Virus record (IMG/VR): IMGVR_UViG_2738541308_000001
Coordinates: 1-64,000 of that record
Source of the DNA: a virus
Taxonomy: Duplodnaviria; Caudoviricetes
Strand: one strand, 5' to 3'
Length of the DNA: 64,000 nucleotides
Part shown: positions 10,361-20,232 of the stretch, piece by piece
Layout of the letters: each line of letters begins with the position of its first letter
Position numbering within the stretch: the stretch's first letter is position 1
The notes under the pieces: generated by a model
The model's input: only the letters and a program-made list of their open reading frames with translations
What the model was told of the DNA's origin: nothing
The model's database searches: none
Position numbers and translations under genes: made by a program

Positions 10361-11343
10361 GCGACAAGACTGCAATCGAATGGACCGACGCCACGTGGAA
10401 TCCGATGACCGGGTGCACGAAAGTGTCTGCGGGCTGCGATAACTGCTATGCGGAGACGTTCTCGGAACGCTTTCGCGGCACGCCCGGCCACTACTTCGAG
10501 GGTGGTTTCGATATCCAGCTCCGGCCGGACAAACTCGATCAACCGTTGCGATGGAAAAAGCCGCGCCGGATATTCGTGAACTCGATGTCGGACCTGTTCC
10601 ACAAGGACGTGCCCAACGAGTACATCGCGGAAGTGTTTGCCGTCATGGCGCTCGCGCCTCAACACACATTCCAGATTCTCACCAAGCGGCACGGACGGAT
10701 GCGCTCGCTGCTCAGCGCTGGCGACTTCCAGACCGCCGTGGCTGAGCACATGTTGGCCATGACCGACGAGGAGCGGCTGCCCGACGTTGGCGATCCGCTT
10801 CCGCTCCCAAACGTCTGGCTGGGCGTCTCGACCGAAGATCAGAAGTGGGCAGACATCAGAATTCCGGCCCTTCTTGACACACCCGCCGCAGTCCGGTTCA
10901 TCAGTGCCGAACCGCTACTCGGACCCATCGATCTCGCAAAGGTCGGTGCGCCACCGTTCTGGTGCCTCGGGCATGGACGCCCGGCCGCCGAATGCCCGAA
11001 CGACTTGCACCTCCCAAGGCAGGGGATCGACTGGGTGATCGTCGGAGGCGAGTCCGGCCGCAACGCTCGTCCGATGCATCCCGAGTGGGCGACATCGTTG
11101 CGTGACCAGTGCGTAACAGCCGAAGTACCGTTCCTGTTCAAACAGTGGGGCGAATGGACGCCGATCGGACCCGACGAGGTCGGACGTGACACCGTTTACC
11201 TCGACGCTGCCAATGGAAAGGGCACTCACTACGCCCACCGTTACCGGCCCGGCGTGAACCAGATGACGAGGGTTGGCAAGAAGGCCACTGGCCGCGAGCT
11301 CGACGGCCGCACCTGGGACGGCTACCCGGGTGATGCGACGTGA
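10357..11343 (+). CDS. DUF5131 / Gp37-Gp68 family radical-SAM-like protein
   Basis: IEWTDATWNPMTGCTKVSAGCDNCYA, FVNSMSDLFH, WVIVGGESG, FKQWG. Confidence 0.92.
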   Translation: MSDKTAIEWTDATWNPMTGCTKVSAGCDNCYAETFSERFRGTPGHYFEGGFDIQLRPDKLDQPLRWKKPRRIFVNSMSDLFHKDVPNEYIAEVFAVMALAPQHTFQILTKRHGRMRSLLSAGDFQTAVAEHMLAMTDEERLPDVGDPLPLPNVWLGVSTEDQKWADIRIPALLDTPAAVRFISAEPLLGPIDLAKVGAPPFWCLGHGRPAAECPNDLHLPRQGIDWVIVGGESGRNARPMHPEWATSLRDQCVTAEVPFLFKQWGEWTPIGPDEVGRDTVYLDAANGKGTHYAHRYRPGVNQMTRVGKKATGRELDGRTWDGYPGDAT

Positions 11344-11588
11344 GCAACATGGTGTGGAGTTTCGTACTCGCGGCATTCGGAATCACAGGACTTGTTCTCG
11401 CGATCCGTGGAGTTTGGTGGGGCTGGATGCTCAACTTGTTTGCGCAATTGTTCTGGTTTGCATTCGGAATCACCACTCAGCAATACGGATTCATCGTTAT
11501 GGCAATTGGCTATGGCGCGACTTACGCGTACGGCGCCCGCACATGGTGGCGCGGCCGGAATCCAGCAGCGGCCGAGGAAGGAATTTAG
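11340..11588 (+). CDS. Small membrane protein (PnuC-like half transporter)
   Basis: Three hydrophobic helices; WWGW..N...Q..W. Confidence 0.6.
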   Translation: MSNMVWSFVLAAFGITGLVLAIRGVWWGWMLNLFAQLFWFAFGITTQQYGFIVMAIGYGATYAYGARTWWRGRNPAAAEEGI

Positions 11589-11930
11589 GTGCCAACACGT
11601 ATTCAACGCCGACGGACCCGCGGTTGGCGGATGCCGGAAGGCGCCGTGTACGTCGGACGGCCAACCAAGTGGGGAAACCCGTACCGAGAAGGTGACGAAT
11701 CAGCGTGGATCGGCGACATGCCAGTGTTCGGCATCGAAGAACCGATCACCTCACGCTTAGCGGTCGACCTATTTCGCTTACACATCACTGCGCCTACATC
11801 TCCGATGTCCTGGGCGCAGATCCGCACTGAACTCGCTGGGAAGGATCTGGCATGTTGGTGTCCTCTTGATCAGTCGTGTCATGCCGACGTCCTGCTCGAG
11901 ATAGCGAACCCGGGTGTTGAGGCACCGTGA
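11589..11930 (+). CDS. DUF4326 protein
   Basis: VYVGRPTKWGNPY; LAGKDLACWC...CHADVL. Confidence 0.88.
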   Translation: MPTRIQRRRTRGWRMPEGAVYVGRPTKWGNPYREGDESAWIGDMPVFGIEEPITSRLAVDLFRLHITAPTSPMSWAQIRTELAGKDLACWCPLDQSCHADVLLEIANPGVEAP

Positions 11931-12184
11931 GTGACAGTCGGCACGAATGGTCCGACCTTCGCCTCCGCATCCTCGCGCGTCTCGAACGCATGGACCCCTG
12001 GGACACGCAAGCCGAACAAGCCGTAACAGCGCTGAAAGATGTTATGGCACTGCATGAACCATGGCCTGAGCCCAGTGAACGGGCCTTCGTGAAACGAAAC
12101 GGCTGCCGGGCGTGCATGTGGCGGCGGCGCAAACGGGACTGCCCGACGGTCGTCGCCATCGGCAAAGCGCTCGGAATCACCTGA
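11927..12184 (+). CDS. Hypothetical protein
   Basis: LHEP...CRAC...CPTV motif. Confidence 0.6.
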   Translation: MSDSRHEWSDLRLRILARLERMDPWDTQAEQAVTALKDVMALHEPWPEPSERAFVKRNGCRACMWRRRKRDCPTVVAIGKALGIT

Positions 12185-12402
12185 CAGCAAGCACTTTTCA
12201 TTCACTCAGATGTCGAGTATCTAGGACGAAAGTAGACAACTATGGACTCAACTCGGACAGAGTTCGCACTCCGAACCGAGGTCGGCTCGATCTTCCCGAT
12301 GCTGTTCAGCACCCTCGAGGAAGCCCAAGCCGCAGCCCGATCCAGCGAGCGAAGCTTCGCGGTCGTGACGCGGACCGTCACGGAATGGGAAGAGGTCTCG
12401 CA

Positions 12403-13842
12403 ATGACGATCACCGTCACCGACCTGTTTTGCGGCGCAGGTGGATCGAGCACCGGCGCGACGCAAGTGCCTGGCGTCACGGTGCGTACGGCGGCGAACCA
12501 CTGGGAACTCGCGATCGAAACCCACAACACGAACCATCCGAACACAGATCACCAGTGTGCCGACCTTTCGCAGGTCGATCCTCGTCGGTTCCCTCGAACG
12601 ACGATCCTGTGGGGTTCGCCCGAATGCACGAACCATTCTCAGGCGAAGGGCGTCAAACGAAACCTCGACTCGACGCCGGACTTGTTCGGGGAGACGTTGC
12701 CCGACGCGGCTGCCGAACGATCCCGCGCAACGATGTGGGACATTCCACGGTTCGCCGAACATCACCGATACGAAGCGATCATCACCGAGAACGTCGTCGA
12801 CGCCGCGAAGTGGATCATGTTCCCCGCGTGGCTCCAAGCGATGGACCTCCTCGGATACAACCACCGGATCGTCTACATGAACTCGATGCACGCCCAGATC
12901 GGCGGACTTCCAGCTCCGCAATCAAGAGACAGGATGTATGTCGTGTTCTGGCTCAAGGGCAACCGCGCCCCGGACCTCGACAAGTGGACCCGACCGGAGG
13001 CGCACTGCTCGACCTGCGACGTCACCGTGACGGCAATCCAGGGCTGGAAGAAGTCAACCCAGTGGGGGCGCTACCGCTCGCAGTACCACTGGCGGTGCCC
13101 GAACGTGACGTGCCGCAACTCGATCGTCGAACCCCGTTGGCTCCCCGCTGCGTCGGCGATCGATTGGTCGATCATCGGGGAGCGAATCGGGGACAGAGCC
13201 AAGCCGTTGGCGCCGAAGACGTTGGCCCGGATCGAGGCCGGCTTGGCGAAGTACGCGGCACCATTCGTGCAACGCGCGTACACGCCGCGAAGCAACCTTG
13301 CGCAGATGTCGACGAGCACTGACGCCCACTTGCCGACGTTGACGGCATCAACCGTGCCAGCGCTGCTCGTGCCAGTGGAGGGTCGTGACGGGAAGCAAGC
13401 ACGGTCCGCGGCCGACCCGCTTCGTACGATGACAGCACGAAACGAAACTGCCGTCGCTTTCCTGTCGGTGATGCGCGGGCAGTCGAAGAATCATCATGTT
13501 GACGAACCGATTTCGACGGTGTCGGCAGGCGGAATCCACCACGCATTCGTCGTGCCGATGCGCAACAACAACACCGTGAAAGCGATCACCGATCCGCTCG
13601 ATACGTTCGCAGCAAACGGACTGCATCACGGACTGGCCAGTGCCGAGTCGCTGTCGGTCGACGACTGCTTGTTCCGGATGCTCGAACCGCACGAGATCGC
13701 AGCAGGAATGGCCTTCCCGTCGGACTACATGATCCTCGGCAACAAACGCGAACAGGTACGGCAGGCCGGAAACGCCGTGACGCCACCGGCCGCACGTGAC
13801 CTGATCGCGGCCGTCGCAGAATCGTTGGGGGTGGCGGCATGA
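12403..13842 (+). CDS. DNA (cytosine-5) methyltransferase
   Basis: DLFCGAGG (I), SPECTNHS (IV), ENV (VI), QSRDR (VIII), GNAVTPP (X). Confidence 0.92.
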   Translation: MTITVTDLFCGAGGSSTGATQVPGVTVRTAANHWELAIETHNTNHPNTDHQCADLSQVDPRRFPRTTILWGSPECTNHSQAKGVKRNLDSTPDLFGETLPDAAAERSRATMWDIPRFAEHHRYEAIITENVVDAAKWIMFPAWLQAMDLLGYNHRIVYMNSMHAQIGGLPAPQSRDRMYVVFWLKGNRAPDLDKWTRPEAHCSTCDVTVTAIQGWKKSTQWGRYRSQYHWRCPNVTCRNSIVEPRWLPAASAIDWSIIGERIGDRAKPLAPKTLARIEAGLAKYAAPFVQRAYTPRSNLAQMSTSTDAHLPTLTASTVPALLVPVEGRDGKQARSAADPLRTMTARNETAVAFLSVMRGQSKNHHVDEPISTVSAGGIHHAFVVPMRNNNTVKAITDPLDTFAANGLHHGLASAESLSVDDCLFRMLEPHEIAAGMAFPSDYMILGNKREQVRQAGNAVTPPAARDLIAAVAESLGVAA

Positions 13843-14294
13843 TCGTCCGGGGACGCGAACTGCCGTTGATTCGCCCAATCGAGACCCAGTGGGGCATCTA
13901 CCAGCCGGGTTGGGTGGTGAAGATCCTGTCCGGCGCCGACGGTGGGGGACTGCGAGTGTGCCTCGACATGGACGGGCACTCGCCGTCCGCGGTATGCCAC
14001 GAGGCGACCGTCGTCTCCGACGACCTGTTCGTCTGGCCCCGCAACATCAAGCACGGCACGGACCGTGGCCATTCCCGGCACCGGTCGCACATGGAACCCC
14101 CGTGCCAGGAATGCCGCGACCACTTCGCGCGCACGAAACGCGCGCAGCGGATCCGCACCGGCACCCAAGCCGGCATCAAAGTTCCGAGGGACTTCCTCGC
14201 CGAGCTGCTGCAGAACGCTCCGCTGCCGGCGTGGGAGAAAGCCGAGCAGATGTGGGGGAGGGCGACCCTCGATGCGCTCCTCGAGGCGTCATGA
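13839..14294 (+). CDS. Hypothetical protein with HGT...C..C zinc finger
   Basis: HGTDRGHSRH...PCQECR. Confidence 0.6.
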   Translation: MIVRGRELPLIRPIETQWGIYQPGWVVKILSGADGGGLRVCLDMDGHSPSAVCHEATVVSDDLFVWPRNIKHGTDRGHSRHRSHMEPPCQECRDHFARTKRAQRIRTGTQAGIKVPRDFLAELLQNAPLPAWEKAEQMWGRATLDALLEAS

Positions 14295-14489
14295 TCGCGC
14301 ACTGGATATTGGGGTAGATCCGGTGCCCTGGCACCACCTGTAGACGACGGTTGCCGATGCCCCTGCCATAGGTGTCTAGTGTCTAATTGAAGACTAGATA
14401 ACCCTCTGGCAGGGGTTCAGCTTCACCTAGCGACACCCATCGATTCGCGCCCGATCCGGCGCACGTTTCACCCCCGGAAGGACACCCAC

Positions 14490-15782
14490 ATGGTCACTCA
14501 GGGCGGGCGCAAATACGCGCAACTGCTCAAGTCCATCTGGAACGACACAGATTGGCGAGCCCTCTCGAGGGACGCCCAGTGGCTCTACGAGTTGTTGATC
14601 TCGCAGTCGTCCATGAACTACGCCGGAGTCCTGGACTTGACCATCAGACGGTGGTCGAACCTTGCCCGCGACACGACACCCGCCGACGTGACGCGTGCCC
14701 TCGAGGAACTCCACATGGCGTACTTCGTGATCGTCGACTGGGATACCGAAGAGGTTCTGGTGCGGTCACTGATCCGCAACGACGGACTGTGGAAGCAGGC
14801 TCGGATGCTGATGATCGCGCTGAATTCTGCGGCCGAGGTTCAGTCTCCGCGGCTGCGTTTCGTGCTCGCCGAGGAGTTGCGGCGACTGCCGGTAGACCAG
14901 ATCACCGAAGGCAAGCGGGACAAGCCGGAGTCTGTCCGTGAGGCGTTGGCGCACACGTTGTTGTTGCTCGACGCCGACCCCGGCCAGCAGCTCCCGTCCG
15001 GTGCATCGTCGCAGGCTGCACGGCGTGAGCTACCCCGTGCAGGACGGTATGACGAGGCATTCGGCGGCGCTGTCGGCCCCGAGGGCGATCCGGATGCTTT
15101 CAGCGACCAGGCGTTTTCGACATATCCGCAGGCTGCACGGCGTGAGCCACCCCGTGACGCATCCCGTGACGATGCCGTCACGACCCCGTCCTCGGAATGG
15201 GGCGACAACTCTGGCGGACCCGACGCGGGGGATACGGCGACCGAACCGGACGACGTGGACCCGGAACAGGTGTTTTCGCAGGTCTCACGGCGTGAGCCAC
15301 CCCGTGGCGCAGGGCATCCTCGCGCGCGCGCACGCGTGCGGCACCAATCACCTAACACCAATCACCTATCACCGGGCACCGGTGCTGCTTCCGTTGGTAA
15401 CTCAACTACAGACCGCGAGCGCGAAAACCGCGACGACCAACCCGCCGGACCGCCAGTGCCAGCGAACGCGTGGGCAGTGATCCGCGAAGTCATCCCCGCC
15501 GAACAACCCCAGACCGTCCGAACCGAACTCGCGCTCCAGGTCTCGACACTCCAGAAGTCCGGGACCGCACCAGACGTCATCAAAGACTCGCTGACCCTCT
15601 GGCTCAAGAAGCCGACCCTCGGACCCCGAGCACTCCCCGTCATCGTCTCCGAAGTCCTCAAACGCCGAAACGGCGCAACCGGCAACACCAAACCCGGCGG
15701 CGCCGACCGCGCCCAATCGATCCTCGACCGCACCAACCGACTCACCGCGACCACGGAGGCCTCCCATGCCCAGCTCGACTGA
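14490..15782 (+). CDS. Replication initiator (lambda O/DnaD-like)
   Basis: IWNDTDWRALSRDAQWLY N-terminal domain; internal iterons; upstream of loader and DnaB. Confidence 0.8.
   Translation: MVTQGGRKYAQLLKSIWNDTDWRALSRDAQWLYELLISQSSMNYAGVLDLTIRRWSNLARDTTPADVTRALEELHMAYFVIVDWDTEEVLVRSLIRNDGLWKQARMLMIALNSAAEVQSPRLRFVLAEELRRLPVDQITEGKRDKPESVREALAHTLLLLDADPGQQLPSGASSQAARRELPRAGRYDEAFGGAVGPEGDPDAFSDQAFSTYPQAARREPPRDASRDDAVTTPSSEWGDNSGGPDAGDTATEPDDVDPEQVFSQVSRREPPRGAGHPRARARVRHQSPNTNHLSPGTGAASVGNSTTDRERENRDDQPAGPPVPANAWAVIREVIPAEQPQTVRTELALQVSTLQKSGTAPDVIKDSLTLWLKKPTLGPRALPVIVSEVLKRRNGATGNTKPGGADRAQSILDRTNRLTATTEASHAQLD
15010..15307 (+). repeat. Three ~30-bp iterons (putative origin)
   Basis: cgcagg(ctg/tct)cacggcgtgagc(t/c)accccgtg starting at 15010, 15127 and 15277. 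Confidence 0.75.
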
Positions 15783-16269
15783 CATCGAGATCGCCGGACT
15801 CACCCTCGCCAAAGCCGCACTCCTCGACCACCGCATCACCGCCGACGACCCCCAGATCCTCGCCTGGGCCGAATGCTTCACCGGCCAGGACATCGGACAC
15901 GGCGAAGCCCTCGACGCCGTCCTGACGCACTACCGCAAACCGAACCCGTTCGCGATCATGCCCGGCGACGTCCTCGCCACCATCCGAGAACAACCCCTCG
16001 GACCCACCAGCTCCGACGAACGCATCAACCGCTGGCTCCTCCGCTGGATCGACAAACCCCACGCCCGAACCATCGAAGCCATCAGCGGCATCCCGACACC
16101 CCACTGGGAACCACCCACCGAACTCGACCCCACCGCCGCCGACACCTGGGCCAAAAACCGGCACCGCGACTGGATCCGCGAAAACCGGCACCGCATCGCC
16201 GACGCCATACGCGGCAAAACAAGCCCCCAGAGCGCCATAGAGCGCTCAAACGGCCCCGCAGGTGTCTAA
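15766..16269 (+). CDS. Putative helicase loader/inhibitor
   Basis: Lies between initiator and DnaB; AW...ALDAVLTHYR...IMPGDV. Confidence 0.6.
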   Translation: MPSSTDIEIAGLTLAKAALLDHRITADDPQILAWAECFTGQDIGHGEALDAVLTHYRKPNPFAIMPGDVLATIREQPLGPTSSDERINRWLLRWIDKPHARTIEAISGIPTPHWEPPTELDPTAADTWAKNRHRDWIRENRHRIADAIRGKTSPQSAIERSNGPAGV

Positions 16270-16322
16270 ACCCTGCCTAGACACCCACAAACGCCCGTAG
16301 CGCCGGAGAAGAGCACCCAACA

Positions 16323-17609
16323 ATGACCGACGAACCCACCTGCGACCTCGACGCCGAACGCGCCATCCTCGGCGCCGTCATCACCGAACCCCACTACGCC
16401 AAACAACTACTCGACATCCCCCGCGAACACTTCTACGCACCCGCCCACCAAGACCTCCACACCGCCATCACCACCATGGTCCTCAACGGCGACCCCCTCG
16501 ACCCCACCACCATCCTCGCCACCACCCGAAACCACACCACCCCCAACGCCCGCAACCTCCACCAACTCGTCACCCAACTCGTCGGCACCGGCTACGGCGA
16601 ATCCATCCCCTACCACGCACGCAGACTCCACCAACTCCACACAGCCCGCACCCTCATCACCACCGCACAAACCCTCCTCCACCGCACCACCGAAGCCATC
16701 CACAACAACAACCCCGAAGACCTCGCCACCGCAGCACGCACCGCCACCACCGCACTCAACAACACCAACCCCGAAACCCACCACACCACCACCTACGAAA
16801 ACACCCTCGAAGACTGGTGGACCGACACACTCCAACCCCTCGACCTCACCAACGTCATCCCCACCCCCTGGCCCGAACTCAACGACATGCTCAACGGCGG
16901 ACTCCACCCCGGACGCAGCTACATCCTCGCCGGCCGACCAGGCGTCGGAAAATCAGTCGCCGCACTCAACATCGCCGGACACGCAACAGAAAACAACAAA
17001 CACACCAGCCTCTGGTCCCTCGAAATGCCCACCCTCGAAGTCATGTCACGCATCCTCGCCAACGGAGCCCGCGCCGAATACAGCCAAATCACCAAACACC
17101 AACTCGACCAACACAACCAAAACCTCCTCGCCGCCTACACCGACGCCTACCCAGCCCTACCCCTCACCATCAACGACCGCGCCAACATCACCATCGACCA
17201 AATCACCACCGAAGCCCACACCCGCAAAAACACCGGCAACCTCGACCTCGCCGTCATCGACTACCTCCAACTCGTCACCGCCGCCCAAACCGACACCCCC
17301 CGACAAGAACAAGTCGCCTACATCAGCCGCAACATCAAAATCCTCGCCAAAGAACTCAAAATCCCCACCGTCACCGCCTGCCAACTCAACCGCGGCCCAG
17401 CAACACTCAACCGCCCACCCGCACTCACCGACCTACGAGAAAGCGGCGCAATCGAACAAGACGCCGACACCGTCATCCTCCTCCACCACGAAACCGACCC
17501 CACCGGACAACCAACCGGCTACATCACCCTCATCATCGCCAAAAACCGAGCAGGCAAAACCGGCCAACTCCAACTCCCATGGCGCGCCTACCAACAACGC
17601 ATCGGATAG
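16323..17609 (+). CDS. dnaB: DnaB-like replicative helicase
   Basis: AGRPGVGKS, SLEM, IDYLQL, QLNR, DLRESGAIEQDAD, AKNR. Confidence 0.95.
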   Translation: MTDEPTCDLDAERAILGAVITEPHYAKQLLDIPREHFYAPAHQDLHTAITTMVLNGDPLDPTTILATTRNHTTPNARNLHQLVTQLVGTGYGESIPYHARRLHQLHTARTLITTAQTLLHRTTEAIHNNNPEDLATAARTATTALNNTNPETHHTTTYENTLEDWWTDTLQPLDLTNVIPTPWPELNDMLNGGLHPGRSYILAGRPGVGKSVAALNIAGHATENNKHTSLWSLEMPTLEVMSRILANGARAEYSQITKHQLDQHNQNLLAAYTDAYPALPLTINDRANITIDQITTEAHTRKNTGNLDLAVIDYLQLVTAAQTDTPRQEQVAYISRNIKILAKELKIPTVTACQLNRGPATLNRPPALTDLRESGAIEQDADTVILLHHETDPTGQPTGYITLIIAKNRAGKTGQLQLPWRAYQQRIG

Positions 17610-17763
17610 AGACATCGAGCAGCAGCCGTGCACCCGGTCGGAGTGTCGCGTGCGCGTGAGTGCGCGCGTGGTCGGTCGTGAGCCTGATTGCGAATTGGCG
17701 GGCCTCGACCGTCAATGTTTCATTGGGGGAAATATTATCGGGAATTTGTGATATTATTCGGTC

Positions 17764-18384
17764 GTGAGAAACATTGCGCTGGCTGTCCAGCACTCAATCG
17801 CCCCGCTGGTGGAGCCGATGCATGAAGCTCTCGAATCAGCTCGCCACTTCATTGACGTCGAACACCGAGGTGTCGTCGGCAAAGACCAACACTGGCTGCG
17901 GACCGCAAACATGCGCGGCAGTGTATTTCGGTACCTCAAACGGCAGGATCTCGGCGACTGGTTTCTGGACGAGTCGGCGCACGGGCAGAACGGAGCTGTC
18001 CATCTGACGAACAACGATGGCACCAGCCAACTGCGCGTCCTTCACGCGAGCGCAGACCAGGCCGACCCTGTAGCCGGACACAGCCGACGCCGACGGGCCT
18101 ACTTCACGAACAATCCACTGATCGAAGAAGAAGACCTTTTTGGGACCGTGCACCACAAGCTGCTCATGCTGTGGGAGGAGCCCGACTCGGAGTCCGAGTT
18201 CGGGCTGAGGGTGGTTCGGACGCTCGGTCCGGGCACCTATGGGAAGTCGATGAAGACCGACATGTTGATTGACATGCCGCGCACGAAGACGGATTTCGAG
18301 AGTCTCGAATTCGTCGTGCAGGATGAGGAACTCGACTACGAGATCGCAGAGGACGAGGAGGAAAAGGGGAATGGTGCTGGCTAA
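17764..18384 (+). CDS. Putative toxin of a RosmerTA-like pair
   Basis: AT-rich upstream region; overlaps the downstream XRE-ImmA gene; acidic tail. Confidence 0.55.
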   Translation: MRNIALAVQHSIAPLVEPMHEALESARHFIDVEHRGVVGKDQHWLRTANMRGSVFRYLKRQDLGDWFLDESAHGQNGAVHLTNNDGTSQLRVLHASADQADPVAGHSRRRRAYFTNNPLIEEEDLFGTVHHKLLMLWEEPDSESEFGLRVVRTLGPGTYGKSMKTDMLIDMPRTKTDFESLEFVVQDEELDYEIAEDEEEKGNGAG

Positions 18385-19501
18385 TGCCGCCGGCGCACGG
18401 TTGACCGAACTCCGCGAGCTGCTGGGGATGACCCAGGCTGAGTTGGCGGCAAGAACTGAGATCAAGCAGTCCGTCATTTCGGACGTCGAAAAGGGAAAGC
18501 GTGAGTTCCGCCCGGAACTTCAAGTAGTTGTCGCGAATTCTGTGCATGTTCCGTTGAGCTACTTCGGGGTTGAGCCATTCCCGATCGACTCGGACTCAGT
18601 CAACTTTCGCAAACTGTCCGGGTCTAGTGTCAAAAGCACAAAACGTGCCCTACGAACCTTCAGGGAGGCCGAGCGGGTCACCCAATGCCTATACGTAGCA
18701 GCAGAGCACGAAGGCGCGAAATTCACGCCGGTAAGCGATCGGCCCGTGTCACCTGGCGACATCGAACAAGTTGCATCCGGCGTTCGCAGTGAGCTCGGCT
18801 TGAGTGCTGTTGCACCGGTCAAACACATGATGAGAGCTGTGGAACGTGCAGGCGTAGGAGTTGTTCCCCTGTCACGGATCGGTGACGAATTGCACGGTTT
18901 GGACGGTCATTCCGGGATGTCGAGGGCATTCACGGATATGCATCAAGCTGTCGTCGCCTACGTTCCATCGAAGGCGGGGGACCGCCAGCGCTTCACGGTC
19001 GCCCACGAGTTGGGCCACTTGGTACTCCATTCGAAACGAACTGTTCCAGAGTTGAAAGTTCGTGAGGCGGAAGCGATGCGATTCGCGGGGGCCTTCCTGT
19101 ACCCGCAGGATCTAGCACAGAGCGATATTTCCGAAACCCTCAGTCTGAACGGATATGCTCGACTGAAAGCGCGCTACGGAATCTCGATTCAGGCGCTCAT
19201 CCGCCGTGGCAAGGACCTGAAGCTGGTTTCGGCTGATCGATACCGGTCGCTGATGATCCAACTATCAAGTCGGGGATGGCGTTCCGAGGAACCCGTCGAG
19301 GTGGGCGTCGAACGTCCGGCCTTGATGTGGAAGCTTCTCAGTGATGTTTATGGCCCAACGCCGTATGCGCGCGCGTCTCATGACCTGGGTGCGCGCCTCG
19401 ACGATTTGAAGACTTGGATCCCCTCACGTGAGCTGTCGGAACAGGGCGCGGGCAAATCTGATACTGGTTCGGTCGTTAGCCTGTTTGGCAATAGGCGTTA
19501 G
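18371..19501 (+). CDS. XRE HTH + ImmA/IrrE metallopeptidase
   Basis: LRELLGMTQAELA HTH; RQRFTVAHELGH; EAEAMRFAGAFL. Confidence 0.92.
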   Translation: MVLANAAGARLTELRELLGMTQAELAARTEIKQSVISDVEKGKREFRPELQVVVANSVHVPLSYFGVEPFPIDSDSVNFRKLSGSSVKSTKRALRTFREAERVTQCLYVAAEHEGAKFTPVSDRPVSPGDIEQVASGVRSELGLSAVAPVKHMMRAVERAGVGVVPLSRIGDELHGLDGHSGMSRAFTDMHQAVVAYVPSKAGDRQRFTVAHELGHLVLHSKRTVPELKVREAEAMRFAGAFLYPQDLAQSDISETLSLNGYARLKARYGISIQALIRRGKDLKLVSADRYRSLMIQLSSRGWRSEEPVEVGVERPALMWKLLSDVYGPTPYARASHDLGARLDDLKTWIPSRELSEQGAGKSDTGSVVSLFGNRR

Positions 19502-19525
19502 TCGCCCAATTCGCGAGCAAACGAA

Positions 19526-19556
19526 AGCCCCGGTGTGCGAATTGCACACCGGGGCT
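19526..19556. terminator. Bidirectional intrinsic terminator
   Basis: 13-bp perfect stem agccccggtgtgc/gcacaccggggct between convergent genes. Confidence 0.75.
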
Positions 19557-19592
19557 ATCTCTCTGACAAGGAAATCTGTGTAGATCGGTAGG

Positions 19593-20117
19593 TCAGGAGC
19601 CGAAAGGGCTGCTGAGGCTTCCGGTTCCGTTGCCGGGCTCAGTTGTCGGCGTGCCGATCGTGAACGGTGTTTCAGTCAGTGAGTAGACAGGTTTGTTGCC
19701 TTCGATGGCCACGCAGACAACACCGGAAACGTAGTTGCCGTCGTCGATGAAGAGGATCTTCGCAGTCTTTGTCTCACCTGCATTCACGTCAACCCAGGCG
19801 TCTCGGTCAGCCCCCTGCGAGGTGCCGGTGTTAGGGGACACCGGCGTTCCCACGAAGAAGTTGATCGGGTTATTGGCGATGTCGAGTTCGGCGCTTTCGT
19901 GAAGCTTCTTTGCTTCAGCTGCCGTATGCACCCACGGCCCCGTGCACTGCCCGATGTTTCCTCCGTCGGGGGCTTTGATTGTCACGTTCGCAGTGTTCGC
20001 CACGCTCGTTACTGTCACTGTGGCAGCGGGCGCAGCGTGTGCGAGGGCGGGGACTGCGAAGGCGGTCGCTGCCGCGAGGGCCGTGACGGTGGTGGCGCGT
20101 CTGATCAGGCTGGTCAT
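19593..20117 (-). CDS. Secreted protein (paralogue 1)
   Basis: Signal peptide ending AHA-AP; two Cys; C-terminal GSLSSPFGS. Confidence 0.8.
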   Translation of the reverse strand: MTSLIRRATTVTALAAATAFAVPALAHAAPAATVTVTSVANTANVTIKAPDGGNIGQCTGPWVHTAAEAKKLHESAELDIANNPINFFVGTPVSPNTGTSQGADRDAWVDVNAGETKTAKILFIDDGNYVSGVVCVAIEGNKPVYSLTETPFTIGTPTTEPGNGTGSLSSPFGS

Positions 20118-20232
20118 TGGGCCTTCTTTCGTTCGGTCATAGGGAATCTTGGCGTGAATGAGGAACCTCCGGCGCGCGATTTGCTCACCGGGGCTGCATT
20201 TGTGGAGAAGAAGACGTGTGTTGGGCGGTCGG

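Noticed and set aside
15340-17609. Diversity-generating retroelement or dnaB pseudogene as the cause of the odd composition
   Set aside because: No reverse transcriptase or TR/VR pair is seen; the DnaB frame and motifs are intact.
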